NCBI GenBank assembly: GCA_947311515.1
Contig: CAMZLB010000025.1
Location: forward strand, 1 to 61,448
Source of the DNA: Candidatus Moraniibacteriota bacterium
GTDB taxonomy: Bacteria; Patescibacteriota; Minisyncoccia; Moranbacterales; GCA-2747515
Length of the DNA: 61,448 nt
Direction of reading: 5' to 3'
Below are positions 1 to 10,244 of this stretch, piece by piece. The notes beneath the pieces were generated by a model, which did no database searches, was not told where the DNA came from, and worked only from the letters and a program-made list of their open reading frames with translations. Position numbers and translations under genes: made by a program. Each line of letters begins with the position of its first letter. The first letter of the stretch is position 1.

Positions 1-133
1 AACTTTTGTGTCCACTTATACTATATAATACAATATTATTCTTGTCAATTGCCAGTATTTATATTATATTAGTATAATAGATAGAGACTAATTTCACACA
101 TAATGAACTGTCTGGAATTATCTAACTTATCCC

Positions 134-258
134 TCAAGAAGGATCTAAAAACTTCAAAATCATTTTTATTTTTTTATAAAATACAATTTACAAAAACCCT
201 AAAAATATATTTCAAATTTATTTTCTTAATTTTTACTAATAATTTAGTTTTTCAGACC
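134..258 (+). repeat. Degenerate copy (M3) of a ~150-bp intergenic MITE-like repeat family
   Basis: Aligns by eye with 14148..14300 through shared blocks (AAAAACTT.AAAA, AAAATACAA.TTA.AAAAACC, AATAA.TTAGTTTT.CAGA). The right terminal inverted repeat is not preserved. Lies just upstream of the first gene. Confidence 0.4.
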
Positions 259-296
259 GCTCTAAAGAGATAAGCTTATCACATTTAAACTTAATT

Positions 297-1439
297 ATGT
301 CTAAAAATCTCTTAGAACAAAAAATACTACTAGTAACCAGACCCCTATGTGAACCATGGGATGAGGCAAGTAAAAACTTTGCCTTTGATCTCGCAAAAAA
401 CGTAACTACAAAAAATATATCCATACTAACACATGGAATAATCAAAAACACTCCTGAGCACATAACGCAAGAAAATATATATACAAAATCACAGTTCAAT
501 CTTTTTCAAAAGATATTACTACTATTCTTTTTATGCAGAAAAGCAAAAAATTATGAAATAATTCATTTATTATTTACTCCTACCAAATTAAATAGCTGGG
601 TAATCAAAAAACTATTACCTGCAAATGTAAAAATAATCCAAACAATCGCAACTGTACGAGATGATATTTACCCAAAAAAAGATCTTAGAAAAATCTACTT
701 TGCAAATACTTTAGTAACGTATTCTAAATTTGCAGAAAAAAAGGTAAATGAAATTTTCAAAAATAACTCTACAAAAAATATTTCTCAAATTTATCCTGGT
801 ATAAATCTAACTAAATTCACTCCAAGTAAAAAGGATACCGAACTTTTAAAAAAGTGGTCCATTAATGAAAAAGATATTATCGTAACATATGCTGGTGAAT
901 TTGTAAGACTTGGTGCAACTGATTTAATAATTGATGCCTTCATTAAAATTTGGGCAAATCCAGCAAATCATCATATCAAATATCTATGTGCATGTAGGAT
1001 AAAGAATGATGCAGATATGGCTAAAAAAAATGATGTAATAATAAGATTTACTAAAGCAGGACATTTGGATAAAGTTATATTTAGCGATACTTTCTCCGAT
1101 ATGAATGCTTTGTACAATGTATCTAATATAATGATTTTTCCAGTTACAAAGATGCAAGGGAAATTTGATGTGCCTCTTGCTATGATAGAACCCTACGCTT
1201 GCAAAAAACCTGTTATTTCGTCAGACCTTCCAATATTTGAAGAGTTTTCATCAAAGGAAATCAATGTTATAATTAAAAGCGGCAACGAAAAAGAACTTGT
1301 GAAATCTATACTATCACTATCAGATAACACCTCTAAATGTACCGAGCTAGGCGAAGAATCTTATATATTTGCACATAAAACCTTCAATATATCTAAAATA
1401 TCAAAACAATATACTAAACTATATGACAAACTCCAATAA
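297..1439 (+). CDS. Glycosyltransferase, GT-B fold (GT4-like)
   Basis: 380-aa ATG ORF. The C-terminal half has a GT4-type pattern (IVTYAGEFVRLGATDLIIDAF ... PLAMIEPYACKKPVISSDLPIFEEF). Confidence 0.7.
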   Translation: MSKNLLEQKILLVTRPLCEPWDEASKNFAFDLAKNVTTKNISILTHGIIKNTPEHITQENIYTKSQFNLFQKILLLFFLCRKAKNYEIIHLLFTPTKLNSWVIKKLLPANVKIIQTIATVRDDIYPKKDLRKIYFANTLVTYSKFAEKKVNEIFKNNSTKNISQIYPGINLTKFTPSKKDTELLKKWSINEKDIIVTYAGEFVRLGATDLIIDAFIKIWANPANHHIKYLCACRIKNDADMAKKNDVIIRFTKAGHLDKVIFSDTFSDMNALYNVSNIMIFPVTKMQGKFDVPLAMIEPYACKKPVISSDLPIFEEFSSKEINVIIKSGNEKELVKSILSLSDNTSKCTELGEESYIFAHKTFNISKISKQYTKLYDKLQ

Positions 1440-2931
1440 AAACATTGTTAAGTTAAATGAGCATCACAATTCATTCAAAACTGATAAAATGAAAGTTCCT
1501 GCTACTTTTCTTATGTCAGAAAATTTATTTCCAAAAAAAGATACTTTTCAACAAATAGAGAATATTGCTTGTAATGATTGCTTATTTCACTCAATAGCAG
1601 CTCTACCTGATGTCATGTCAAAACCTGGTAGAAAAAATGCCTCTGGTACTACCATAGTTAGTAAAAATCATTTATTACCTCAAGTAAATGATTCTGACCC
1701 TAATTGTGGTATGAGAGTTGTTAAAACTAATTTAACAGAAGATAATATCTCAGAACAAGATTTGGATAAATTATTCAAAAAACTAGTCTATAAAGTGCCT
1801 ACGAAAGCATTAGTTGGTACAAAAGTTCCCTATCATGTAATCGTTGACTTATGTAGAGGTGGCACACAAGCACTTATAGACCATTTAGACATAAAAACAA
1901 AGAATGAATTAGAAAATTCTCAAGGCAAGGGTAACTATTTTGGAAAAATAATATCAAAACAAGATTTATTTGATGCTGTTCCTCAATTATATTTACATTT
2001 TGCTCAATTTAGACTTGGGCTCATAGGTGCGGCTGGCAATCATTTCATGGATCTCATGAAAGTTACAGAAATAGTTGAACCTGAAATTTCCAAAAAATTT
2101 GGCATAAAAAAAGGTCAGTATCTATTTATGGTTCACACCGGATCTGGAATACTTGGTCAATACACAATGTATACCTATACTGCAAAAAAACGAGAGCATT
2201 TATCTCAATCCATAATGGTCAATCTTGGACAAGCAACATTTAAAACAACAAAAAAAGATGTTTATAAAACAATTAAAAAAGCAATAGAAAAACACATGAA
2301 CGGTGATGACTCTTTACTTAAATATGATGCAAATGGTGATGATGGAAAACTTTATATGACAGCTAGAAATGCGGCTAGCAATTTTGGCACAGCAAACAGA
2401 GCTACAATAATCCATAATATTTCAGAAACTATCAAAGAAGTGTTGGGACGTGATCCTGAAATGGATTTATTGTATGACTTGCCTCATATATCCATTGAAA
2501 AAGAAAATCATTTTGATGAAGATGTATGGGTTCATAGAAATAATACTTCCAGAGCCTATGGACCTGCTAAAATGCAAAATCATCCGATATTCAAAGACAC
2601 AGGTGAGCCGGTATTTATTCCATCATCCATGAGCACTGAAGCTTACATCGGGGTTGGAACGGATACAAACACAGATAGCTTTTTTAGTGCCCCACATGGC
2701 ACAGGAAAAGGTGTGAAAACTTCAGAAAAAAACGTCCCAAAAAACAGAGAAGAGTTGATGAAAAAAATGAAAAATAAAGGAGTGAAATTATATAATGCAC
2801 AATCCTCAAAAACTATAGAGCAGGATTCTTCTCAATACAAAGATGTTTCTAGCGTTATAAAAGGAGTAGAAGACAATGGAATAGCAAAAATAATAGCTAA
2901 AATGAAACCTATTAGCGTTATAATGTATTAA
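1423..2931 (+). CDS. rtcB: RtcB-family RNA 3'-phosphate ligase
   Basis: RtcB metal and active-site motifs are present in order: ALPDVMSKPG, DPNCGMRVV, GAAGNHFMDL, MVHTGSGILG, SAPHGTGKG. The start was chosen at the ATG at 1423 (MTNSNKN...), which overlaps the upstream stop. An alternative ATG lies at 1489. Confidence 0.75.
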   Translation: MTNSNKNIVKLNEHHNSFKTDKMKVPATFLMSENLFPKKDTFQQIENIACNDCLFHSIAALPDVMSKPGRKNASGTTIVSKNHLLPQVNDSDPNCGMRVVKTNLTEDNISEQDLDKLFKKLVYKVPTKALVGTKVPYHVIVDLCRGGTQALIDHLDIKTKNELENSQGKGNYFGKIISKQDLFDAVPQLYLHFAQFRLGLIGAAGNHFMDLMKVTEIVEPEISKKFGIKKGQYLFMVHTGSGILGQYTMYTYTAKKREHLSQSIMVNLGQATFKTTKKDVYKTIKKAIEKHMNGDDSLLKYDANGDDGKLYMTARNAASNFGTANRATIIHNISETIKEVLGRDPEMDLLYDLPHISIEKENHFDEDVWVHRNNTSRAYGPAKMQNHPIFKDTGEPVFIPSSMSTEAYIGVGTDTNTDSFFSAPHGTGKGVKTSEKNVPKNREELMKKMKNKGVKLYNAQSSKTIEQDSSQYKDVSSVIKGVEDNGIAKIIAKMKPISVIMY

Positions 2932-2937
2932 TAAACT

Positions 2938-3537
2938 ATGAGTTTAAACATTATAACACTATCTGGAGTTGATGGTTCTGGCAAATCAACACAAATTGAT
3001 TTATTAAAAAAGTACTTAGATGATAACGGAGCAAAAACTTATTATTTTCATGCGATATCATTTTCACTTGCAAATACCAATAAAAATTTTGTAACAGGTA
3101 AATCCCCAGCTGTAACAAAAGCTTCATGGAATAAAGTTCAACTTAGAAAGCTAGTATTTATTTTAGACTCAATTAGATTCAGGATTCTTATAAAAAAATT
3201 AGAGCGTGACAACTACACACATTTGGTTTCTGATAGATATTTCTTTGATACTATTATTAATATATTATTTTTATCTAATGAGAAAAAAATATATTCATTT
3301 GGCGTCAATCTACTTGTAAAAATTATTAAAAGCCCTAATTTTGCTTTTTATATAGATATCTCAGCGGAAGAAATTCAAAGTAGAGATAGAAATATAGAAC
3401 AAGGGACTTCTTACATAAAGAAAAAAATTATCATTTTTAAACAGACCATTAAGGACTGGAATATACAATCAATAGATGGAGAGAGAAATCAGCTCATAAT
3501 AGCTAAAGATTTACAGCAAAAAATTAAATTGCATTAA
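2938..3537 (+). CDS. tmk: Thymidylate (dTMP) kinase-like P-loop kinase
   Basis: P-loop LSGVDGSGKSTQ at the N-terminus, a DRY motif (LVSDRYFFDT), and ~200 aa length typical of Tmk. Confidence 0.65.
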   Translation: MSLNIITLSGVDGSGKSTQIDLLKKYLDDNGAKTYYFHAISFSLANTNKNFVTGKSPAVTKASWNKVQLRKLVFILDSIRFRILIKKLERDNYTHLVSDRYFFDTIINILFLSNEKKIYSFGVNLLVKIIKSPNFAFYIDISAEEIQSRDRNIEQGTSYIKKKIIIFKQTIKDWNIQSIDGERNQLIIAKDLQQKIKLH

Positions 3538-3549
3538 AAATTTTGTCAG

Positions 3550-4830
3550 ATGAAAAAAACCTTAACATTATCTTTTATTTTTCTTATTTTTGCCGAATTC
3601 GTTTATAACATCTCATCTTATGTTATCAAATTTGGACTAGGTCATACACTAGGAGTCGCCGAATATGGAAGATATAGTATAGTATTATCCTTTACAACCA
3701 TGCTCATAGTACTTGCAGGGCGTGGAATACCAACGGCTATGACTAAACGTATTAGCGAACAATTAAGAGACTGGGACAAAATACTAGGAATTAAAAAAAC
3801 TTCAGCAAAATTGCAACTTGTCATAATATTTTCTATAACTATTATTTTCTTTTTTTCAGCTCCGCTTATAGCTAATGCATTTGGTGATAGTAGCCTCACC
3901 AACCTTTTTAGATTAAGTAGCCTACTCATACCTTCTTTTGCTCTTTCATCTTTTCATGTTGCCTATTTCAATGGACTAAAGGCCTTTGGAATGATGACTG
4001 CGTTAAAAAGCTCACGTGGAATTTTTCGTGGAATTTTTATAGTAACTGGTGCTTTTTTCTATGGACTTCATGGTGCTATAATTGGAGCCATACTCTCTCC
4101 ACTTGCAGTTTATCTGGTAGCAATCACTCTTGAGAAATTTTATATTAAAAAACCTACTAATACAAAAATATCATACTATAATTCAAAAGATATTATGTCT
4201 TATGCTTATAAATTTATAGTATTTTTATTTTTTTATGAATTTTTTACAAGAATTGATATCTATCTAATTAAATCTTTACTACATGATGATAGATTAACTG
4301 GACTATATGATTCTGCCATAACTACGGCACTTATTCCGTTTTATGCTGTATTTGCTCTGACATTTGTTTTATTTCCTACCATGTCCAAACTTACATCCAA
4401 TAATGAAATTCAAAAAATTAGAAAACTACTTCTAAGAATTTTTATATTTCTAATTTTATCGCTTAGCTCTGCATCCACTATACTTTTCTTTTTTCCAGAC
4501 TTTATAATCACATTACTTTTTGGCTCAAATTTTTCAGAAGCGAGCACACTTATACCATTTATGATTGGTGGTACATTTTTTGGTACTATCTTTTATATTT
4601 TTGCTTCTGTTTTAAATGGTTCAGGATATACCAAAATAACTTCATCTATAGTAGCAATAGCTCTAACTATAAGTACAATTGCAAATACATTATTTTTACC
4701 AATATATGGCACAATAGCAACAGCATTGATATTTTCAATGACATCAACTCTTATGGGTATAAGCATACTATTCTTTGTATATCTCAAATTTTTTAAAAGC
4801 ACATCTCATACAAATTTTCAAAAATATTAA
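3550..4830 (+). CDS. Polysaccharide/oligosaccharide flippase, MOP superfamily (Wzx/MurJ-like)
   Basis: 426-aa polytopic membrane protein with ~12 hydrophobic segments. Lies in a glycan-synthesis neighbourhood (GT4, GT2, sugar dehydrogenase). Confidence 0.6.
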   Translation: MKKTLTLSFIFLIFAEFVYNISSYVIKFGLGHTLGVAEYGRYSIVLSFTTMLIVLAGRGIPTAMTKRISEQLRDWDKILGIKKTSAKLQLVIIFSITIIFFFSAPLIANAFGDSSLTNLFRLSSLLIPSFALSSFHVAYFNGLKAFGMMTALKSSRGIFRGIFIVTGAFFYGLHGAIIGAILSPLAVYLVAITLEKFYIKKPTNTKISYYNSKDIMSYAYKFIVFLFFYEFFTRIDIYLIKSLLHDDRLTGLYDSAITTALIPFYAVFALTFVLFPTMSKLTSNNEIQKIRKLLLRIFIFLILSLSSASTILFFFPDFIITLLFGSNFSEASTLIPFMIGGTFFGTIFYIFASVLNGSGYTKITSSIVAIALTISTIANTLFLPIYGTIATALIFSMTSTLMGISILFFVYLKFFKSTSHTNFQKY

Positions 4831-4905
4831 TTAGCTAATTTCAAATTTAACTGAAAAGTATTTTTTGAAAAAAAATTTTAAAAAACTAAATTTATTTGTT
4901 TTAAC

Positions 4906-4934
4906 TTGAACTTATTACCATAGAGTGATAATAT
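4906..4934 (+). promoter_or_regulatory. Candidate sigma70-type promoter for valS
   Basis: TTGAAC (4906..4911), a 17-nt spacer, then TAATAT (4929..4934), about 30 nt before the valS ATG. Confidence 0.4.
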
Positions 4935-4963
4935 TAATATATACAATATTTAATTTATCTATT

Positions 4964-7081
4964 ATGCACGAAAAGTACACAAAGCCCTATGATGCTTCAC
5001 TTATAGAAAATTCTATTTACAAAAAATGGGAAGAATCTGGATATTTCAATCCTGATAAATTGCCTGGAAAAAGAGAGGAGAGCTTTTGTATAGTCATGCC
5101 ACCTACGAATGCTAACGGAAAACTTCATGCAGGTCACGGTTCAGATTTTGTCATTAAAGATATTATAGGAAGGTATCAACGTATGATTGGTAAAAAGGTA
5201 TTACTATTACCAAGCACTGATCATGGAGGATTTGAAACTCAAGGAGTATATGAAAAAAATCTGCAAAAAGAGGGTCGCTCCCGATTTGGAATGAGTAAAG
5301 CTCAATTATACGATGAGATATATACTTTTGTAGAAAAAAATATACACAATATAGAAAATGATGTAAAAAAACTTGGAACTTCTTGTGATTGGTCCAGAAA
5401 TAAATTCACAATGCAAAAAGATATAATAGAAAAAGTCAAAGACACCTTTATTAAAATGTACAAAGATGGATTGATTTATAGAGGGAATCGTTCAATACAT
5501 TGGAATCCTAAATTTAAAACATCCTTAGCTGACATAGAAACTAAATTTGAAGATAAAACAGAACCATTTTATTATTTTAAATATGGTCCTTTTGAAATAG
5601 CTACATCTCGTCCAGAAACTAAATTTGGAGATAAATACGTAGTTATGCATCCAGATGATAAAAGATATAGTAATTGGAAAGAAGGAGACACTTTTGAAGC
5701 AGAATGGTTAAATGGAAAAATAACTGGAACTGTTCTAAAAGATGAAGCTATTGATATGGAATTTGGAACAGGTGTTATGACTATAACTCCATGGCATGAT
5801 GCTACTGATTTTGAAATTGCTCAAAGACATGGACTAGACTATGAGCAAATTATTGATTTAGATGGACGCTTAATGGATATTGCTGGAGAGTTTTCTGGTA
5901 TGAAAGTGCATATTGCTCGTCCTAAAGTTGTAGAAAAATTAAAAGAAAAGGGCTTAGTTACAAAAATAGAACAAAAACATACACATGCAGTAAGAGTTTG
6001 TGAAAGAACTGGTGTCATATTGGAGCCTCAGTTAATGGAACAATGGTTTGTAAAAATGAAACCTCTTACAGAGCTTGCATTAAAAGCCTTAAAAGAGAAA
6101 AGATTTTCTTTTGTTTCAAAACAATTTGAAAAAACCTTCAGATATTGGATGGAAAATTCAATAGATTGGAATATCTCTAGACAAATAGCTTGGGGAATTA
6201 CAATACCAGCATGGTTTAAAAATAAAGGAGAAGAAAATGAGGAAATTATAGTATCAAATACAAAGCCGGCTGGAGATGGGTGGAAACAGGACACTGACAC
6301 TTTCGATACATGGTTCTCTTCTGGACAATGGCCTCTTTTAGCATTAGGATACCCAAATAATTCTGATTTCAAAAACTTTTTTCCAACTGATGTAATGGAA
6401 ACAGGAAGAGATTTAGTTTTCAAATGGGTTCCTAAAATGATAATGTTTAGTTTATACCTGACTAAAGAAATTCCTTTTAAAGTTATTTATCTCCACGGTA
6501 TGGTCCTAGATAGAAAAGGACAAAAAATGAGCAAATCCAAAGGTAACACGTTGTCTCCGCTTGAACTTTCTGACGAATTCGGTACTGACGCTATGCGAAT
6601 GTCTTTTATAATAGGAAACACACCTGGAAAAGATATGCCCCTGACTACCAATAAAGTTAATGCTTATAAAAAGTTTGCAAACAAACTATGGAATATATCT
6701 AGATTCATTTACTCTAATACTGAAAATTTTGATTTTGATAATTTTGATACCTCTCTACTTGAAAAAGATCAACTAAATAAGATCGAAGAATTGGATGAAT
6801 TCAAAAAAGATTTATCAAAGGATATAGATGAATATAGACTTTATCTCGCAGCAGAAAAAATATATCATTTTATTTGGCATGAGCTTGCAGATAAAATTAT
6901 AGAAGATACTAAAGATTCTGTAATATCAGAAAATAAAGATATAAAAAATCAATATCTACTACTCAAATTTTTACATGAATCATTAAAAATGCTACATCCA
7001 TTTATGCCATTCATAACAGAAGAGATTTGGAAAGACTTCCCTATCAAAGATAAAGACTTGTTGATAGTTGAGAAATGGTAA
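4964..7081 (+). CDS. valS: Valine--tRNA ligase (compact form without the C-terminal coiled coil)
   Basis: Class I aaRS motifs: PPTNANGKLHAGH (HIGH) and KMSKSKGN (KMSKS). ValRS-type CP1 strings TSRPETKFGDKYVVMHPDD and GTGVMTITPWHD. Start taken at the ATG at 4964 (MHEKYTKPYD). Confidence 0.85.
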   Translation: MHEKYTKPYDASLIENSIYKKWEESGYFNPDKLPGKREESFCIVMPPTNANGKLHAGHGSDFVIKDIIGRYQRMIGKKVLLLPSTDHGGFETQGVYEKNLQKEGRSRFGMSKAQLYDEIYTFVEKNIHNIENDVKKLGTSCDWSRNKFTMQKDIIEKVKDTFIKMYKDGLIYRGNRSIHWNPKFKTSLADIETKFEDKTEPFYYFKYGPFEIATSRPETKFGDKYVVMHPDDKRYSNWKEGDTFEAEWLNGKITGTVLKDEAIDMEFGTGVMTITPWHDATDFEIAQRHGLDYEQIIDLDGRLMDIAGEFSGMKVHIARPKVVEKLKEKGLVTKIEQKHTHAVRVCERTGVILEPQLMEQWFVKMKPLTELALKALKEKRFSFVSKQFEKTFRYWMENSIDWNISRQIAWGITIPAWFKNKGEENEEIIVSNTKPAGDGWKQDTDTFDTWFSSGQWPLLALGYPNNSDFKNFFPTDVMETGRDLVFKWVPKMIMFSLYLTKEIPFKVIYLHGMVLDRKGQKMSKSKGNTLSPLELSDEFGTDAMRMSFIIGNTPGKDMPLTTNKVNAYKKFANKLWNISRFIYSNTENFDFDNFDTSLLEKDQLNKIEELDEFKKDLSKDIDEYRLYLAAEKIYHFIWHELADKIIEDTKDSVISENKDIKNQYLLLKFLHESLKMLHPFMPFITEEIWKDFPIKDKDLLIVEKW

Positions 7082-7557
7082 CGACTTTTATACAATCATT
7101 ATCTTTTGGAGGACTTGCAATTATAGGTGCTTTCATTGTTCAGGCTTTTGCAATAACCCTTATTTCAGTTTTCACAAGGGATCCTGGTATAAACTCTATT
7201 TTTGAACTAAATAATACATTTCTTGCTATAACAATAATTGCATTAATTGAAGAAGTATTTAGAATTGCACTTATAAAAAAATTAATAGACATAAGCAATA
7301 ATTCAAATATATTGTTTAAAGGATTTTCTTTTGGTTTCGGATTTTCTATGATTGAATTATTTTTCATATCTCAAAGCGTTCAACTAAATCCCTCTATTCT
7401 TTCTCTTGTGTCTGTGTTTATGTTTCATGTTTTAATAAGTATGTTTACTTTTTATAAATTAAATAAACATAGATATACTATTCAAGTAATCATTTCCCTG
7501 TTAATTGCTGTATCAGCACACATAATTTACAATATACTAGTAAATACTTTAACTTGA
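7075..7557 (+). CDS. CPBP-family (CAAX-like) intramembrane protease
   Basis: Multi-TM 160-aa protein with the three CPBP motifs in order: EEVFR (E-E-x-x-x-R), FMFHV (F-x-x-x-H) and HIIYN (H-x-x-x-N). The ATG overlaps the valS stop (ATGGTAA). Ends in TGA. Confidence 0.6.
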   Translation: MVTTFIQSLSFGGLAIIGAFIVQAFAITLISVFTRDPGINSIFELNNTFLAITIIALIEEVFRIALIKKLIDISNNSNILFKGFSFGFGFSMIELFFISQSVQLNPSILSLVSVFMFHVLISMFTFYKLNKHRYTIQVIISLLIAVSAHIIYNILVNTLT

Positions 7558-7728
7558 AAATAAGATACTACTTTAAATCTATATTTTTTACGAATAAGCG
7601 TAATTTTAAAATCTATTTTTGTCTTTATTATTTAGTATTTTTATCTCTTATATATCAAAAATAGACATACCCATTATTTCTTATATGTTTTTTAAAAGAA
7701 TTCAAAAAAGGTGTATGACTAAACCATA

Positions 7729-8679
7729 TTACTTTTTGTATAGTTTTTTTCTTTCTTTGTATAATAATTCTTCTGTAAGAATTCTGGAATTTTTGACCAT
7801 GTCTGCTATGAGTGCAAATATCACAAATTGTAAACCTATCAAAAATAATGCTATCGAAGTAAATAAATAATTTCTATTTGCCTCAAATTGCATTTCTGGT
7901 AAATATCTAATTAAAAAGAGTATCAAAGCTATTGAACTAAGTACCAAAAGACCGAGTCCAGGCCAACCAAAAAACTTCATGGGTCGGATATCTCTAAAAG
8001 CTTTTATAATTATTTTCATGGAATTATTTACATACTTCCAAATTGTTTTGACAACACGAGATTTTCTAGTGGTGTGATATGTAACATTTACAGGTACCCA
8101 TATTATTCTTAAATTTTTACCTATAGCGTCTATTATAGTTTCTTGTGTATATGTAAATCCTATTGGCGTATTCAATCTCAATAAAGATTCTAAATTATGA
8201 GCTCTAAATCCACATGTTAAATCCGCAACAGGATAATCAAGTGAACTACCAACAATCCATGCAGCTAGTCTATTTAATTTATCTTTTGCAAAAGGTATAT
8301 CTTTTGCTGAATTCTCAGAAAATCTATCTGCAGAAACTATATCAGCCTTACCTTTTAATATAGGATCTATAATTTTTTGAATATCTTTTGGATTAAATTG
8401 ACCATCTGCATCAATATTCACCAAAATGTCCGCATTATTTTTAATAGCACTATCCCTCATAGTAGAGAACATCTTTCCTAATCCTAAATTTCTACCATGA
8501 GAAATTATTATATCAGCTCCTGCTTTTTTAGCAACTTCTACAGTATTATCAGTTGAACCATCATCAATCACTTGAATCAAAATTTTAGATATTCCTTCAA
8601 AAGATTTTGGGATTTTTTTTATTGTTTCTCTAATATTCCCTCCTTCATTTAATGCTGGTAAATTTACTATTAATTTCAT
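7729..8679 (-). CDS. Family 2 glycosyltransferase (polyprenol-phosphate sugar transferase-like) with C-terminal TM helices
   Basis: GT-A motifs LPALNEGGNI, VIDDGSTDNT and NIDADGQF (DxD), plus two C-terminal TM segments. Start taken at the ATG at 8679 (MKLIVNLPA). Confidence 0.8.
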   Translation of the reverse strand: MKLIVNLPALNEGGNIRETIKKIPKSFEGISKILIQVIDDGSTDNTVEVAKKAGADIIISHGRNLGLGKMFSTMRDSAIKNNADILVNIDADGQFNPKDIQKIIDPILKGKADIVSADRFSENSAKDIPFAKDKLNRLAAWIVGSSLDYPVADLTCGFRAHNLESLLRLNTPIGFTYTQETIIDAIGKNLRIIWVPVNVTYHTTRKSRVVKTIWKYVNNSMKIIIKAFRDIRPMKFFGWPGLGLLVLSSIALILFLIRYLPEMQFEANRNYLFTSIALFLIGLQFVIFALIADMVKNSRILTEELLYKERKKLYKK

Positions 8680-8790
8680 AATTAAAACTATATAATTTTC
8701 TAATATTTGTATCAATATATTTATTATATAACAAAACAATAAATAAAAACATGTCAATATAACATGTTTTTATAAATATGTATTCGTTGA

Positions 8791-10071
8791 CTATCTTCCG
8801 ATACCTCCATAAATAACTTTATTATTTTCTATATCTTTTTTATCTAAAGAATTCTTACCATCTATTATAATTTTAATATTATTTTTTCTTAATAATTCCC
8901 CATTTACAGAAGAAAACTCTTTATGATTTGTTATAAGAATAATAACTTCAGATTTTTCCAAAATAGACTCTAAGCTTTCACAAGACGATTTTTTCTTTAT
9001 GTGTGGATCAAAACTATGCACATTTGCTCCAAATTTTTTCAAAATCTTTTCTATATTATAATACGGTGATTCCCTATCATCATCTACATTAGCCTTATAG
9101 GCAATACCTAAGATACCAACATTTGTTCCGTTTAATGGCATTTTCAAATCATTTAACGAGTTCTGTAACTTATTCACTGTATAAGCTGGCATTGAATTGT
9201 TTATATTTCTAGAAGTTCTTAAAAATTTATGATCAAATCCAGCTTGCTTTGCTTTTTCTATCAGATAATAAGGATCCACTGGAATGCAATGTCCTCCAAT
9301 TCCACATGATGGATAATGTGGCATGAAAGCAAATGGTTTTGTAGCTGCTCCATCTATAACATCTTTTACATCTATTCCTAAAACATCAAAAGACTTAGCT
9401 AACTCATTTACAAAAGCAATGTTTATATCTCTAAACGAATTCTCAACAACTTTACATGCCTCTGCTTCACGAATATGCTTCATAGAACGAATTTCTCCGT
9501 CAATTATTGACTCATAAAACTTAACTGCAATATTCAATCCTCTTTTTGTAAAAGCTCCGACAACTCTAGGAATATTTGTAACATTCCACATAGCATCTCC
9601 TGGATTAATTCGTTCTGGACAATGAGCAATAAAAACATCCTCACCTGTTTTAAATCCAGCCTCATCAAAAATAGGCTTTACAATATCCTCGGAAACACCT
9701 GGATTCACAGTAGATTCTAAAACTACCAAAGTACCTTTTTTCATATTTCTAGCAACCATTTCACATGCACCTTTCACTGGTCCTATATTTGGCTTATACA
9801 TCGCATCGACTGGAGTAGGAACACAAATCAATACCACATCAGCCTTTTTAATCTCCTTTTCATGCAATGTTGCCCTTATTGGAAATTTTGGCAGATTTTC
9901 ATAAAGATATTCATCTTCTATTGGAGAAATTCCTTTATTTATCAAATCAACTTTTTCCTCACTTCTTTCAATTCCTATAACTTCATATCCTTTTTCTTTT
10001 GCTCTAACAGCAAGAGGTAATCCTACATATCCAAGTCCTATAACCACAACGGTTTTTATTGTATCAGTCAT
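8791..10071 (-). CDS. Nucleotide-sugar 6-dehydrogenase (UDP-glucose/UDP-ManNAc dehydrogenase family)
   Basis: N-terminal Rossmann motif VIGLGYVGLPLA, catalytic Cys motif GIGGHCIPVDPYY, 426 aa. Confidence 0.85.
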   Translation of the reverse strand: MTDTIKTVVVIGLGYVGLPLAVRAKEKGYEVIGIERSEEKVDLINKGISPIEDEYLYENLPKFPIRATLHEKEIKKADVVLICVPTPVDAMYKPNIGPVKGACEMVARNMKKGTLVVLESTVNPGVSEDIVKPIFDEAGFKTGEDVFIAHCPERINPGDAMWNVTNIPRVVGAFTKRGLNIAVKFYESIIDGEIRSMKHIREAEACKVVENSFRDINIAFVNELAKSFDVLGIDVKDVIDGAATKPFAFMPHYPSCGIGGHCIPVDPYYLIEKAKQAGFDHKFLRTSRNINNSMPAYTVNKLQNSLNDLKMPLNGTNVGILGIAYKANVDDDRESPYYNIEKILKKFGANVHSFDPHIKKKSSCESLESILEKSEVIILITNHKEFSSVNGELLRKNNIKIIIDGKNSLDKKDIENNKVIYGGIGR

Positions 10072-10244
10072 TTTTGTGAAAGCTATTTTTATACAACAAG
10101 AACTAATCTTTTTATATAAAAATATACTTAATTATATAAATTATTTAACTTTTCTATTTAAATTTTTAAATATTTTTTACTATCTATACTTAGGGTACTG
10201 TATATTACTATATTTGTAAATATTTTATATATTAACACATTTTC

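Noticed and set aside
4831-4963. T-box leader upstream of valS.
   Set aside because: The gap is only ~130 nt and AT-rich, with a promoter-like element ~30 nt from the ATG. There is no specifier-loop/T-box sequence or terminator/antiterminator pair.
7619-7870. 83-aa plus-strand ORF between the CPBP gene and the GT2 gene.
   Set aside because: It overlaps the 3' end of the well-supported minus-strand GT2 gene, starts at a non-ATG codon and has no SD or motif.
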